From Nemertoderma westbladi (Eukaryota; Animalia; Xenacoelomorpha), in NCBI GenBank assembly GCA_032718475.1, contig JAUCBJ010007053.1:62001-126000 (forward strand): a DNA stretch of 64,000 nt, in the 5' to 3' direction. The notes below the pieces were generated by a model. It saw nothing but the letters and a program-made list of their open reading frames with translations. It made no database searches and was not told where the DNA came from. Numbering within the stretch: the stretch's first letter is position 1; every line of letters begins with the position of its first letter. A program made the translations under genes and the position numbers. Shown here piece after piece: positions 12,601 to 23,170 of this stretch.

Positions 12601-13845
12601 ACGGAAACTTCGGTTACCTCCAATACCAAAAACTTGGGGTCCGACGTCAGTCAGTGCAATGACACACTGCTGGACCCACCGCCACCTCCCTTGGATTCTA
12701 CTCCTCTAAGTGTTTATTACGTTATGGAATCTTCTCGCAGTTCGAGCTTGGCTTCTTCTACCCAGGATGACACCGTTGAGTTATTATTAACCCCTGTAAC
12801 TAATGGCGATTCTGTTGCTACCAACGATCGTGTCATTGTGGATGCGCCTTTTAGCAACGAGGTGTCAGAGCGTAATAACGACTTCTTGGAAACTCTCTAC
12901 ATCTGCGACGACAAGGATAATAAAGAAGACAAAGTCGAAACTAACGTTAGTGATGTTGTGGTGAAACATATCGATCAACCTAATCAGAAACAATTGACTA
13001 GCAGTAACATCCAAGAGTTTTCGCCAAACAATGAATTCAAACATGTTTCACTTGCTGACTCTAATGAATGTGTGGAAGGTATGTCTGAGAGGGACACCCC
13101 CACCCCCAGTGTATCGCCATCCGGGACTCCCAGTCTAGCGGACACCCAATCATCCGAACGGAATGACGTGTACGAGGACGGTCTGCCTTCCGATCGACTT
13201 CATATGAAGTCACCTGTGGGAGACTTTGGCTTCGCTGTGCCTAGACGGGTGGTGGACAAACTAGTGGCGAGGACAGTGGGGATACCGGCGGAGTTGAGTG
13301 AAATATCGGACGACGACGACGATGAGATCAGTTTCAGAGATGAATCGTGGATCGCGGAAGATGAGCAGTTAAACGATTGTCCTGAGATCCTTCATCCGCG
13401 GGTTTCCGAGGTGTCAATGTCTCCTGCACATCCGGTGTTGGGGCCAATACGTCGCTGCAGTCCCCGGATCTCTAAGTTGAATAAAGAACTTTCGGAGAGG
13501 AGAACTAAACGAGAACTCCTGTGTCCATCGGAGTTGCAAAGTAAACGAAAACGCAAATCCGAATGTGAAACTCGAAGTAAACGGGAACTCGAACAGTTCG
13601 AGCTCGAACCAGCATCAGATACCAGTGACAGCAATACAAACTCGTCTCCTGGTGTCAGTAGATGGGAATGTAAGGCAGGTAATTCTCGGTTGTATGATAG
13701 TCGATGTGTTACATCGCCATTATCGGGTACTCGGTCTGTTAGATCGGTTGGCATCCCTAATACTGGTGGGGCTGATTATACTGACCAAAGAGTTCTTCTG
13801 GAGTTCTTGAAGAAAAACAAAGCGAAGAGGCATAAACTTACGTAG
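6613..13845 (+). CDS. ~2410-aa single-exon, largely disordered S/P/T-rich protein with a DEK-like pseudo-SAP/SAP domain and basic NLS-like C-terminus
   Basis: 7.2-kb stop-free frame, first ATG at 6613. Segment ~11490-11815 (SLGQISRF..LYEFLF..VNQFEGFTFSYPSVEY..VRSIASCLGL..IIDRMMQLLSKP) aligns by eye to the DEK N-terminal DNA-binding domain. KRKRK and KKNKAKRHK occur near the end. Confidence 0.8.
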   Translation: MDINSKYLFYSSVESLSDSIDSELLGLQVDITNSGDASDGDSESRVDESRVAAEDYILRLQQRQDVLVNPSLGLEEGSKHLEFMEYSGSFPRTQNTSIDNDVGLTKELPVTTVCKLQTPEYIISSTEAVPVYSNKQADLIEDMNVDRFEPKRMPQSFLELVMGAGDSAMANGSGESTPSVSPIPQQRQSRQRQSNLDTKTKHYSQSTHGSPLNISQLQNCNTNAEVPISSIIGSANPFSHVFSQSSTVPLLFSPPVDYTPLVTQSPHAPLPSDVIPDWTFPVIQHSPPRLSTPPPQPNTISILTRNLSPLPPTFSQAFSTPNFSQRPQIDSPLVDLVDQLAQVSQGNQSLCTGTDSEVIDHTFTQISTPAQRDYYILTSSNNYVTTGITSGKDVQPSSQTLISQQSPNVFSRLPNVFSFSADVKPTFSLKSQFNNGTSQPTLFDSKSQANFVTPSTLPESPKSTKQFSFLGSLSTSQLFPMTSNSSGSSQHTSQVCSTTSQNDFLPITVSVSHNVITSQTTQQQDFHFIDSQCPIPTQSQPNVSNSPINQISAPDNVLAKSLRMVDLPTSQGDDSSSVLVSSQPLSTNLVNVHQGILDSALQLQSSVSHNLSEQLPVFLQKSPYPGQAYSTPNQQPPSPIEKQFLSPVHHKFSSSIKRLTFLNQRHTSSQMSAPIQQQINVLEQMNTSNSIITKAPKHQQCTSPSHKVIIAHKITTSADPMQDKISLSKTVTSPIEPSLIRHTSPPITGNSGRSPSVSSVHSAVDNISPDLDDMLLNYFSNSNTKFMISDNNNSRSNSLIGPHSPSKRPSVGLRKQRGSHSQSMRVLSDARQQRHGPSKRVVLGVKEQSRSRKVGSGVGEGNGSGPHSPTKHSGSGVRKQGGWGNKPITHNQCFGGLATGEMDSFNSLVRHQKSYGNHCKEEKVKEDPKANHRDVNTISNPLPPSSNLASFVYIDHDSDGKAASEFVTPDDVWSTVLARRKLGKKSAIRKYYSQHLLSKRRQYRPSGNESAIETFGLADDIVDVRSKPQHCPTGSVIDNMGCELTDYNVQQQHVVFPTLPVRIPSSNMECSLPTVRGTHLLRSPTPPIRSPTPPIRSPTPPVRSPTPPVRSPTPPVRSPTPPIRSPTPPVRSPTPPVRPPTAPVPSTHYLCSPRSHRPIGLRTPPVKSTQSEIRSPFSSRPSTNDLSDCHSIGDMPSWRLDCMSPSLYKGEAVSTPHGPHTPSEPFDTPMFSHHVAIPLIDDPQDPPIHYKLLISSPQHSIRNLNNLGSRSRFNNSELYSELSASEVGWDKRASCENLYSAVSENELSSSSSSCQPLSSDESYVQEDVGKSRWNAEDRSCKFWNRQLQRGCQGPQPSRVHQRRIPWFSETRWRGGRPPISSDDDCLGVYDDSSSSDQPFSPPPADSLNLFAVEADELSMMVAAVSHGAKGDSHGSSSELSHHYNLDIDRDVRFRGPRKVLGSQPQGGDGFTGGTSAPIGLSRHENTSNHLSRNSNNYEKSFPKRLEAKTIPSDDRAAELHRVSGSVAHRPVFTRDLELLSFSAVNLPGPPSTTAVANGNVGVESISITTTDSGISPGSTESQPDNPLDAVPPFNPVDPQDAFDYDLVYQRVHDVSDLDHLQTSCRKQCKSLGQISRFSDVASKLDANVLNLFYEFLFGVQNRILKVSEILDLVNQFEGFTFSYPSVEYSHRSQILKTVSVSRVRSIASCLGLPATNLSKPAIIDRMMQLLSKPDLWPEEINLPVSGEVTPSTVGVPSANVIGCGNELVNRNNISSLSGSVGLANRSPVGMLGRTVSQVGRLGKTKSLLSGLGLMKSPVGTSHSVVSPISSVSLVKSSLITSQEAILSESNNRCVTETVQLPGNAEGRRRRSIDSSLRVTIPVTPPPVKSSNQSLDDRVDERVANSKPVDLPSIPCNNTSPTLATPNSSMTPHPEWLDGELLFPLGPSQLYPNFSQPKPPPSPVNVAPKSPQTPLHGSPQPEPLYFDESRSNQLTSYTETSVTSNTKNLGSDVSQCNDTLLDPPPPPLDSTPLSVYYVMESSRSSSLASSTQDDTVELLLTPVTNGDSVATNDRVIVDAPFSNEVSERNNDFLETLYICDDKDNKEDKVETNVSDVVVKHIDQPNQKQLTSSNIQEFSPNNEFKHVSLADSNECVEGMSERDTPTPSVSPSGTPSLADTQSSERNDVYEDGLPSDRLHMKSPVGDFGFAVPRRVVDKLVARTVGIPAELSEISDDDDDEISFRDESWIAEDEQLNDCPEILHPRVSEVSMSPAHPVLGPIRRCSPRISKLNKELSERRTKRELLCPSELQSKRKRKSECETRSKRELEQFELEPASDTSDSNTNSSPGVSRWECKAGNSRLYDSRCVTSPLSGTRSVRSVGIPNTGGADYTDQRVLLEFLKKNKAKRHKLT
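9856..10035 (+). repeat. Coding 21-bp repeat (RSPTPP[I/V])x8-9
   Basis: agatctccgacaccacccgtt units in frame in the large ORF. Confidence 0.95.
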
Positions 13846-14504
13846 CATCTGTTGTCATCTCTTTTATTGAATCTTGCTATTTGGGTCTCAGATTAATTAA
13901 CAAAACATGCACGTGGTTGGGTTTGGGTACAACCTCTCACGGTAATTAATTACTCGCTTTGATTGGGAAACCAATGATCAATCAGTTGGTTGTGAAAGGA
14001 ATCTATTATTTGAAATTGCCACTGGAATGTTTTCCATTTATAACAGATCGTGTTCTATAACTGTCTCTTGATCACCTTCAGTCAAAAATATTCCTATTAA
14101 ATAGTAAATTTCTCACTCACCGTCTCACCATATACCAAACATGTTCACAACAATGATACTCTACACTTTATTCATGACAAATTTATAGTAGTCCCCTCTA
14201 CACCTCTTTTGCACTTAGAACAAAAGCTAAAAATTATTGTCGTTGTGCCGTACCTACACCTGCACAGCACACCTTCAAAAACAAGTCTGGGCAATATTAC
14301 GGTTGGTCGTCACAGGACCTCAAGCTGATATAGGCATATCGTTCTAAAAAATTGTTCATTTTTTCACAATGGCTTTACACGGCTAGGTATCGCATTCACT
14401 TCACTGCTATTTAAGGCATCTTATGTTCCTTAATGTCAATATTTTTTGCTGAGAAATAAAAAATATTCCAGTGTGAATTTCTAAAATAAATTTTTTTTAA
14501 TGAT

Positions 14505-14590
14505 TCTACCATGCTGTAAGTCTACCATGCTGTAAGTCTACCATGCTGTAAGTCTACCATGCTGTAAGTCTACCATGCTACATGCTGTAA
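14505..14590. repeat. 16-bp minisatellite ctaccatgctgtaagt x~5
   Basis: Direct reading. Confidence 0.9.
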
Positions 14591-15296
14591 GCACAATTGA
14601 TAATTTTCCTTTTGGTTGAGTTTTTGGTCTTCTCTATCTACAGTATATCAGTAGGAAATTATTACGATTTATACAATTATTTTATAGATTTTACGAAATC
14701 GAATCTACACAAACGGCTTTTACATTCAATTTACGTGTTTTTTTATCAAAATGAAGTTCGATAAATTTGTTTATCTTTAAAAGTATTCGCATATAATTAT
14801 AACCTGAACCTGCCAACCCATCAGTAAGTGGATTAGTGACCTATTTTGGTCAATATAGTTCGCAAACCATCATAAAAAGCATTACAATCTCGCACATTTT
14901 TTCACTGAGTGTCAAAATGGTTTTAATTTCATGTTGATATACGTTATTTAGAAGAAACAACTACTCAGCCCGAAGCAAAATAATTATAAAATCTCCCATT
15001 TAATTATTAAATAGCTAAAATATTATTTTAGACTATTATAAATTAGCCGTGTAGTTATTTGTCTTTCGTGATTGGAATTTAGTTTTTATTTGCAGTCTAG
15101 AGGCCTCCACCTCCACGCAATACTATAAATTAGTTACTCCAACTTAGTAAACCAATCTGAGATATTTTATTTGTATGAAATAAACTCTTTATTTAGTAGA
15201 TGCCTTTATTGTATTAGTTATACTCTACCAAGATAATAGTAGTGTAAATATATATCCTTGGTTAAGGAAAGAATGCTGCACATTCGATATTTTTCC

Positions 15297-17111
15297 CTGG
15301 GAAAAAAGTAAAATCGATGCGACCCGATGGGTTACTTTTTATCGTAAAATCAATGCGACCCGATGGGTTACTTTTTATCGTAAAATCAATGCGACCCGAT
15401 GGGTTACTTTTTATCGTAAAATCAATGCGACCCGATGGGTTACTTTTTATCGTAAAATCAATGCGACCCGATGGGTTACTTTTTATCGTAAAATCAATGC
15501 GACCCGATGGGTTACTTTTTATCGTAAAATCAATGCGACCCGATGGGTTACTTTTTTTCGTAAAATCAATGCGACCCGATGGGTTACTTTTTATCGTAAA
15601 ATCAATGCGACCCGATGGGTTACTTTTTATCGTAAAATCAATGCGACCCGATGGGTTACTTTTTTTCGTAAAATCAATGCGACCCGATGGGTTACTTTTT
15701 TTCGTAAAATCAATGCGACCCAATGGGTTACTTTTTTTCGTAAAATCAATGCGACCCAATGGGTTACTTTTTATCGTAAAATCAATGCGACCCGATGGGT
15801 TACTTTTTATCGTAAAATCGATGCGACCCGATGGGTTACTTTTTTTCGTAAAATCAATGCGACCCGATGGGTTACTTTTTTTCGTAAAATCAATGCGACC
15901 CGATGGGTTACTTTTTATCGTAAAATCAATGCGACCCGATGGGTTACTTTTTATCGTAAAATCAATGCGACCCGATGGGTTACTTTTTATCGTAAAATCA
16001 ATGCGACCCGATGGGTTACTTTTTTTCGTAAAATCAATGCGACCCGATGGGTTACTTTTTATCGTAAAATCAATGCGACCCGATGGGTTACTTTTTATCG
16101 TAAAATCTATGCGACCCGATGGGTTACTTTTTATCGTAAAATCAATGCGACCCGATGGGTTATTTTTTTTCGTAAAATCAATGCGACCCGATGGGTTACT
16201 TTTTTTCGTAAAATCAATGCGACCCGATGGGTTACTTTTTATCGTAAAATCAATGCGACCCGATGGGTTACTTTTTTTCGTAAAATCAATGCGACCCGAT
16301 GGGTTACTTTTTTTCGTAAAATCAATGCGACCCGATGGGTTACTTTTTTTCGTAAAATCAATGCGACCCGATGGGTTACTTTTTATCGTAAAATCAATGC
16401 GACCCGATGGGTTACTTTTTTTCGTAAAATCAATGCGACCCGATGGGTTACTTTTTATCGTAAAATCAATGCGACCCGATGGGTTACTTTTTATCGTAAA
16501 ATCAATGCGACCCGATGGGTTACTTTTTATCGTAAAATCAATGCGACCCGATGGGTTACTTTTTTTCGTAAAATCAATGCGACCCAATGGGTTACTTTTT
16601 ATCGTAAAATCAATGCGACCCGATGGGTTACTTTTTATCGTAAAATCAATGCGACCCGATGGGTTACTTTTTTTCGTAAAATCAATGCGACCCAATGGGT
16701 TACTTTTTTTCGTAAAATCAATGCGACCCGATGGGTTACTTTTTTTCGTAAAATCAATGCGACCCGATGGGTTACTTTTTTTCGTAAAATCAATGCGACC
16801 CGATGGGTTACTTTTTTTCGTAAAATCAATGCGACCCAATGGGTTACTTTTTTTCGTAAAATCAATGCGACCCAATGGGTTACTTTTTTTCGTAAAATCA
16901 ATGCGACCCGATGGGTTACTTTTTTTCGTAAAATCAATGCCACCCGATGGGTTACTTTTTTTCGTAAAATCAATGCGACCCAATGGGTTACTTTTTTTCG
17001 TAAAATCAATGCGACCCGATGGGTTACTTTTTTTCGTAAAATCAATGCGACCCAATGGGTTACTTTTTTTCGTAAAATCAATGCGACCCAATGGGTTACT
17101 TTTTTTCCCAG
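15297..17111. repeat. 36-bp tandem array (~50 copies) enclosed by short inverted termini; probable non-autonomous DNA transposon
   Basis: Unit cgtaaaatcaatgcgacccgatgggttacttttt(a/t)t; ends ctgggaaaaaagtaa ... ttactttttttcccag. Confidence 0.92.
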
Positions 17112-17607
17112 TTAAAAGTAGTCCTTTTTCAACCGAATTCGGGCGAAAGGGATTTAAGAATAATTTTAGAATAAAATTAATATTTGTTTTGTTTTAGAGT
17201 ATTATTCTGATATAATTGCTGTCAATTGTGTTTTTTTAAGAATTTCGTTGCTATGCAACAGTGAAATCAATAACTGGTTAAATTTAAATTGCTGTCAGGT
17301 TCGAATGCGTTGCATTTTTCCTTATTTACATGGAGTATACATTTCCAGAACTAACAAAGATATACTCAGGAAATATAGAAGAATGTGATAGATGATATTA
17401 ATGATATTAATAAATAATAAAATATTATAATAATTAATAATATTTAATAATTATAATAAAAAATATTATAAATGATATTAATTTAGATATTTCATTATAA
17501 CCGTGGGAATTTAGCTAATAGTGAACGTGAATACAGCCGCAGTATATGTTACCAACTAAAGTATATTATAGGGTTCATGATACCCACATCCATGAGAAAT
17601 GTATAAC

Positions 17608-18465
17608 ACTGTCGACACAGTGCAGCACAGCTGTCGGCACAGTGCAGCACAGCTGTCGACACAGTGCAGCACAGCTGTCGGCACAGTGCAGCACAGCTGT
17701 CGGCACAGTGCAGCACAGCTGTCGGCACAGTGCAGCACAGCTGTCGGCACAGCGCAGCACAGCTGTCGACACAGTGCAGCACAGCTGTCGGCACAGTGCA
17801 GCACAGCTGTCGGCACAGTGCAGCACAGCTGTCGGCACAGTGCAGCACAGCTGTCGGCACAGCTGTCGGCACAGCGCAGCACAGCTGTCGGCACAGTGCA
17901 GCACAGCTGTCGGCACAGTGCAGCACAGCTGTCGGCACAGTTGTCGGCACAGTGCAGCACAGCTGTCGGCACAGTGCAGCACAGCTGTCGGCACAGTGCA
18001 GCACAGCTGTCGGCACAGTGCAGCACAGCTGTCGGCACCGTGCAGCACAGCTGTCGGCACAGCGCAGCACAGCTGTCGGCACAGTGCAGTACAGCTGTCG
18101 GCACAGTGCAGCACAGCTGTCGGCACAGTGCAGCACAGCTGTCGGCACAGCTGTCGGCACAGCGCAGCACAGCTGTCGGCACAGTGCAGCACAGCTGTCG
18201 GCACAGTGCAGCACAGCTGTCGGCACAGTGCAGCACAGCTGTCGGCACAGTGCAGGACAGCTGTAGTCACAGTGCAGCACAGCTGTCGGCACAGTGCAGC
18301 ACAGCTGTCGGCACAGTGCAGCACAGCTGTAGTCACAGTGCAGCACAGCTGTCGGCACAGTGCAGCACAGCTGTCGGCACAGTGCAGCACAGCTGTCGGC
18401 ACAGTGCAGCACAGCTGTCGGCACAGTGCAGCACAGCTGTCGGCACAGTGCAGCACAGCTGTCGG
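17608..18465. repeat. 22-bp minisatellite ctgtcggcacagtgcagcacag (~38 copies)
   Basis: Direct reading; occasional 12-bp half units. Confidence 0.95.
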
Positions 18466-20824
18466 TTTCAGAATTCGATATGTTAAAAACCTCTGAAATA
18501 TTCCGCATTTAGGCGATTTATTCACAAAACATTCTAGAACAAACTATTTATCAATTATTCGAGAAAGACTAATAAATAACCGAATAACCAAATGTAACCG
18601 AATTGTTTACAATTAATTAATAACCGGTAATATTTCTGGGATATCAAACAATACCGATTCTAATGAGAATCTGAACAGTATATAGAATTTTACGCGAATA
18701 TTTTCGATGTTTTAAGATATTATGAATCCTATAAAAGGAAATGCCATTGCGTTTCTATGAAATTATCGCATTTTATGTGGTTTTAAATCAATAATATGAA
18801 CCCTATTAAGATTATATATGTTTTACTTTATACCGTAAAGTAGCAGCACATAGTGGCAGTTTAATCAGCTGCTTGGCGTTCAGTCTTGTTATTTTCTTTA
18901 ATATGAACTCAGACTGCTTCATGTCGGTGCGTAATTGTGTAATATAATGAGTAATGGGTGCCGTTATTTTAATTCTATGCAGTACATTACATTTCTTAGA
19001 ATAATTTACGTAAATATATTGTATGTTGGTCTACATCATTATTTGCAAGTAAAATAAAAATTAGTTACATATTTGTTTTTGATTTTCGATACACAAAATA
19101 AAATTGTAATGTGTATAGCAATATCAGTTTTATTAGATATTTTTTTGATGACAATATCGTAATTTCCCGGAAATTAACAAGTTTTTTTAATTTTCAGCGA
19201 AAAAAAAATGAAGATAATTAATTTTGCTCCATTATTCCTCGACTCGATGTGAGTAACAGTTTGTTCTCAACCAGTTCTCTTGTGTTTGTCGTTTATATTG
19301 TAAATACTGAATGTTTTGTTCGGAAACTGAAAGGGGTATATATATTTTATTGGATAATTTTTTGTCTCTATTTTTGTATTTTTACTAATTATTATCTCAT
19401 TGACATCTACTCCTGTTTCTTAGGTAACCGATTATATGTTTGTGGTTTTTAGTCATCACCGGTGATTTGATTACCTCAGACATAAATCAACAATTTAAAC
19501 ATAATATATTTTCTGCAATCGTTTCTAATTTGTTTTGCAATGGACATTTTTCAAAATGTAAAAGTGACATTAGCTAAAAAACATTTTTCTTATCAAAAAT
19601 ATATTTAAATTGTTCGACAAATCTTCCCCAATTCTGGTTACAAGTATTGTTTTTTCGAATTATCATTGGCACAAATTTGTTCTATTTTTCGGTGGATTTT
19701 GGGTGGATATTCCACAAGAACAGCGCGATATTGCTTATTTTGAACGATTAACTATGACCTTTGACCTTTCAAGCTTTCATATTTATTCAAAAGATCTATT
19801 GTGTCTTAGGATGAATAAATATAATAATTGTTTCAACAAATATTTGAGATACAGTATATATATAATCATAGTTTCTTAAGGTAATGTATAATTGCTTAAT
19901 GAACAATGTATTAAATGATTAAATCCCACGGAAAACTCTTAAAATCGTTTATTTAGTTTCACCATGGCCTAGTTCCACACTCATTGGAATTCTAGTCTCT
20001 CGGTTGTCGTGTCAACCTACCAACTTTTATGTAAAACAAAACAAACCGTGCAGATTTACTCAAATGTTGATAATTCAGTAGCGTGATGAAAAGTTATAAG
20101 CGTGATGTAAAGTGTTTCTTTACGGTACTTTATTATACTCTTATGTCATGATTATGGTTCTACACAATACATTTATATACTTACCTACGTTTTACAATAC
20201 ATAATAATAAATATAACACAGTTATATAAACAGTTAAAAATAAATAGCATGAAATACTTTTTATTAGTTTAGAAAGTCAGCAGTTATCTTTTTGTGTGTT
20301 TTTGTACAATTTAAATGAATATTGGAATCTGTAGATATTCGCAGTAATCTCTTAACTATTCTGTGCATTCAGTTTCAGTATTTACAATTATTAATGTACC
20401 GTAGGAATGTTGAATTTAAATGAATAATTTCTAAAATATTTACAAACAAAATATAATGTATAATGAATATTATTGGTTAATCTTCTTTGAATTCGTTTTA
20501 ATTGGATGTGGTAATAAAAATGTATATGAGGATATTCTTCTATAAGTCCCAACAAAGAAACCACCTCGGTGTGTGTACTACAGGTACAAAATGTGGGACC
20601 TTCGCGCAGCATGTGATAAGTCTCACTCGAAAGAATTTTAATCAAAATCTAAGCAGATCTCCCTTAATCACTTTACCACCCCGAAAGCAGACGGTAACTG
20701 TAGTCGCTACAAGCAGCTACTGATGGAGTGGATCAGCATGCATTCTTTAACATTAACTTTAATGCAAGTCTGCATCAATCACCTACATTGCCCTGGGTCT
20801 ATAGCAATAGTGTTAACCGAAGTT

Positions 20825-23170
20825 CCGTCCATATTCAGGATTTTATCTCTGGAAATGGATTGTTTTCGGCTGGAACCCAGTTCAAGAAGCGAACTGGAAA
20901 GCTATGGACTCATAGTGGACCCAGTGGTCACAAGTCCCAGATAGACCATATCCTGTTTCGTAGGAAATACAGGAGCTCTATACAAGACTGTAATGCATTT
21001 ACACTACGACCCTTCTCCAGTGATCACCGCCTTATTGTGGCCAAGGTAAGACTTAGTCTGCGTGCTAGCAGAACAACGAAATCTGCCTTGCCGCGGCATG
21101 GCTGGTCCTTACTGTTGCAACAGCCAAGTGTGAGATCCAGCTTCACACTACAGCTGAGCAACAGGTATGAGGTTCTTGCCTCTGAGGCGGCAGATCACTG
21201 TGAGGGCTATACTGCCTTCACAGAGGCAGTTAAGTTAGCAGCTGCAAAAACACTTCCTGTATACCCTCGAAACAGGAAAAGGGCCCCCTGGACTGACAAC
21301 AAAATTCAGAAGTGCCGAAATGACCTTCATAAGGCGCAGAAAGAGTCCCGACTCAAACAGACTACAGCGGCCAAGAATGCAGTTAAGGCTGCATCTAGGT
21401 CCCTGAACAGGCAGTACTCTGTTAATTTACAGGAGCTAATAAACCAACAGGTTGATGCCATCAATGATGCTGACGACAGCAGGCAATCATCCCAGGCATG
21501 GAGATCGATCAACTTGCTTGCTGGTCGAAAAAGCCAACCAACCACCAAAGGTTAAGGCTGAATCACCAGCCGATCGTCTCAATGGTTGGAAGGCCCCCTT
21601 TGAAAAGCTCCTCAATAATGACAGGGTATTGCCTGATAACTTTATAGAAGTAAAAGTGTCTGAGTCTGTACTCCCAGATATTCCCATTGGTGATATCTCC
21701 TTTGCAGAAGTGAAGGCTGCTGCAAAGAGCATTAAGACCAATCGTGCCAGTGGAGTAGATGGAGTTCCCCCTGAGGTCTTTAAAATACCTGAGTGTTTAA
21801 AGCTCATCTATCCCATCATAGTAGACATGTACCGTACAACAAGAGTCCCACAAGAAATAAGTTGGTGCCAGTTCCAAAGAAGGGCAACCTAACACTCTAT
21901 GGTTCTTTTCGGGGAATCTCATTGATCTCGATTGCTGCAAAGCTGTACAATAGAATTCTATTAAATCGCATCAGGGATCCCATTGAGAGACTGCTCCGTG
22001 GAAATCAGAATGGGTTCCGTAAAGGTCGTGGGACCATGGAGCCCATTTTGGCACTTAGAAGGATAATTGAAGAGTTATCAAAAAAGAAAGACAGGCATCT
22101 GGCTGGTTGACTTCTTCAAGGCCTTTGATTCAGTCCCTCGCTCACGTATGTTCAGCATACTTTCATTATATGGGATTCCTGATGAAATTATTGCAGCAAT
22201 CAGATCAGTATACGAGGGTTCGACAACATTTGTGTCTACTGTTGACGGTGACACAGAACCATTTGAAGTGTTATGGGGCGTCCTCCAGGGAGACACACTT
22301 GCACCATTCTTGTTCATAATTGTTGTTGACTATGTTCTACGCATGTCCTTAGATCATCATAGTGATGATGGGGTGATGATAACTCCACCTACTGGCTCCA
22401 GAAGTCGAAGAAATCCTGCCAAGTACCTAACTGATCTAGACTTTGCTGATGACTCAGGAGTACTCTCAGAATCACTAGAGGGAGCCCAACGGCTCCTCAG
22501 CTCATTAGAACATGCTGCTTCTAGTGTTGGTCTTTTTATTAACTCCAGAAAGACCAAAATTTTGACAGTTAACTTTGAAAGTGCTCATCAAGTCTCTGAT
22601 CGGATGAGCATAAGCTCAAAAGATGGTATGCTTGAGCATGTGGATGACTTCTGTTACCTGGGATCATGGATCCGGAAGTCAGGTGAGGACCTTCGAATAC
22701 GTAAGGGAAAGGCATGGGCAGCCTTGAATAGGCTTTCCAGGATTTGGAAGTCACCGAGAATTAATCGGAAACTTAAGGTCCGGTTATTTAGAGCAGCAGT
22801 AGTTCCAGTACTCCTCTATGGGAGTCCATGCTGGGCTCTAACTGCTGAGGACACCAAATCTCTGGATGACACATTCACAAGAATGCTACGCCGGGTTCAT
22901 TGTGTCAAGTACAATGCACACATATCCAACCAGACACTATATAACATTGGAGGTGTCTCATTGGTTCCCCCAAGCTTGACACTAGAACAAAATCGCCTCC
23001 GCTTTGCAGAACATTGCTTTCGCCGTGAGGACCAGCCAGTGCATAATCTTGTACTTTGGCAGCCTCATGGAGTGAATAAGCATGGTGGACAGTCCATGAC
23101 TTTCTTGAGACGCATCTTAAAGGACACTGGCCTTGAAGATGCGTCTCAAGAAAATCATGGGCTGTCCACC
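20825..23170 (+). mobile_element. RTE-clade-like LINE, 5'-truncated and frameshifted (partial APE + RT)
   Basis: SQIDHIL, SDHRL, FRGISL, QNGFRKGR, DFFKAFDSV, GVLQGDTLAP, DFADD, FCYLGSWI, LVLWQP across four overlapping ORF fragments. Confidence 0.9.

Noticed and set aside
6792-13810. Numerous short antisense or alternate-frame ORFs within the large ORF and within LINE ORFs
   Set aside because: Shadow ORFs with no recognisable motifs.
15262-17197. 600-aa repeat ORFs on both strands; CRISPR-like 36-bp repeat with palindrome
   Set aside because: Units are head-to-tail with no unique spacers and no cas genes, in a eukaryotic context. The ORFs are a by-product of a stop-free unit whose length is divisible by 3.
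17546-18525. Cys/His-rich ORFs resembling metallothionein or keratin-associated proteins
   Set aside because: All six frames are open because the 22-bp unit lacks stops; there is no unique coding context.
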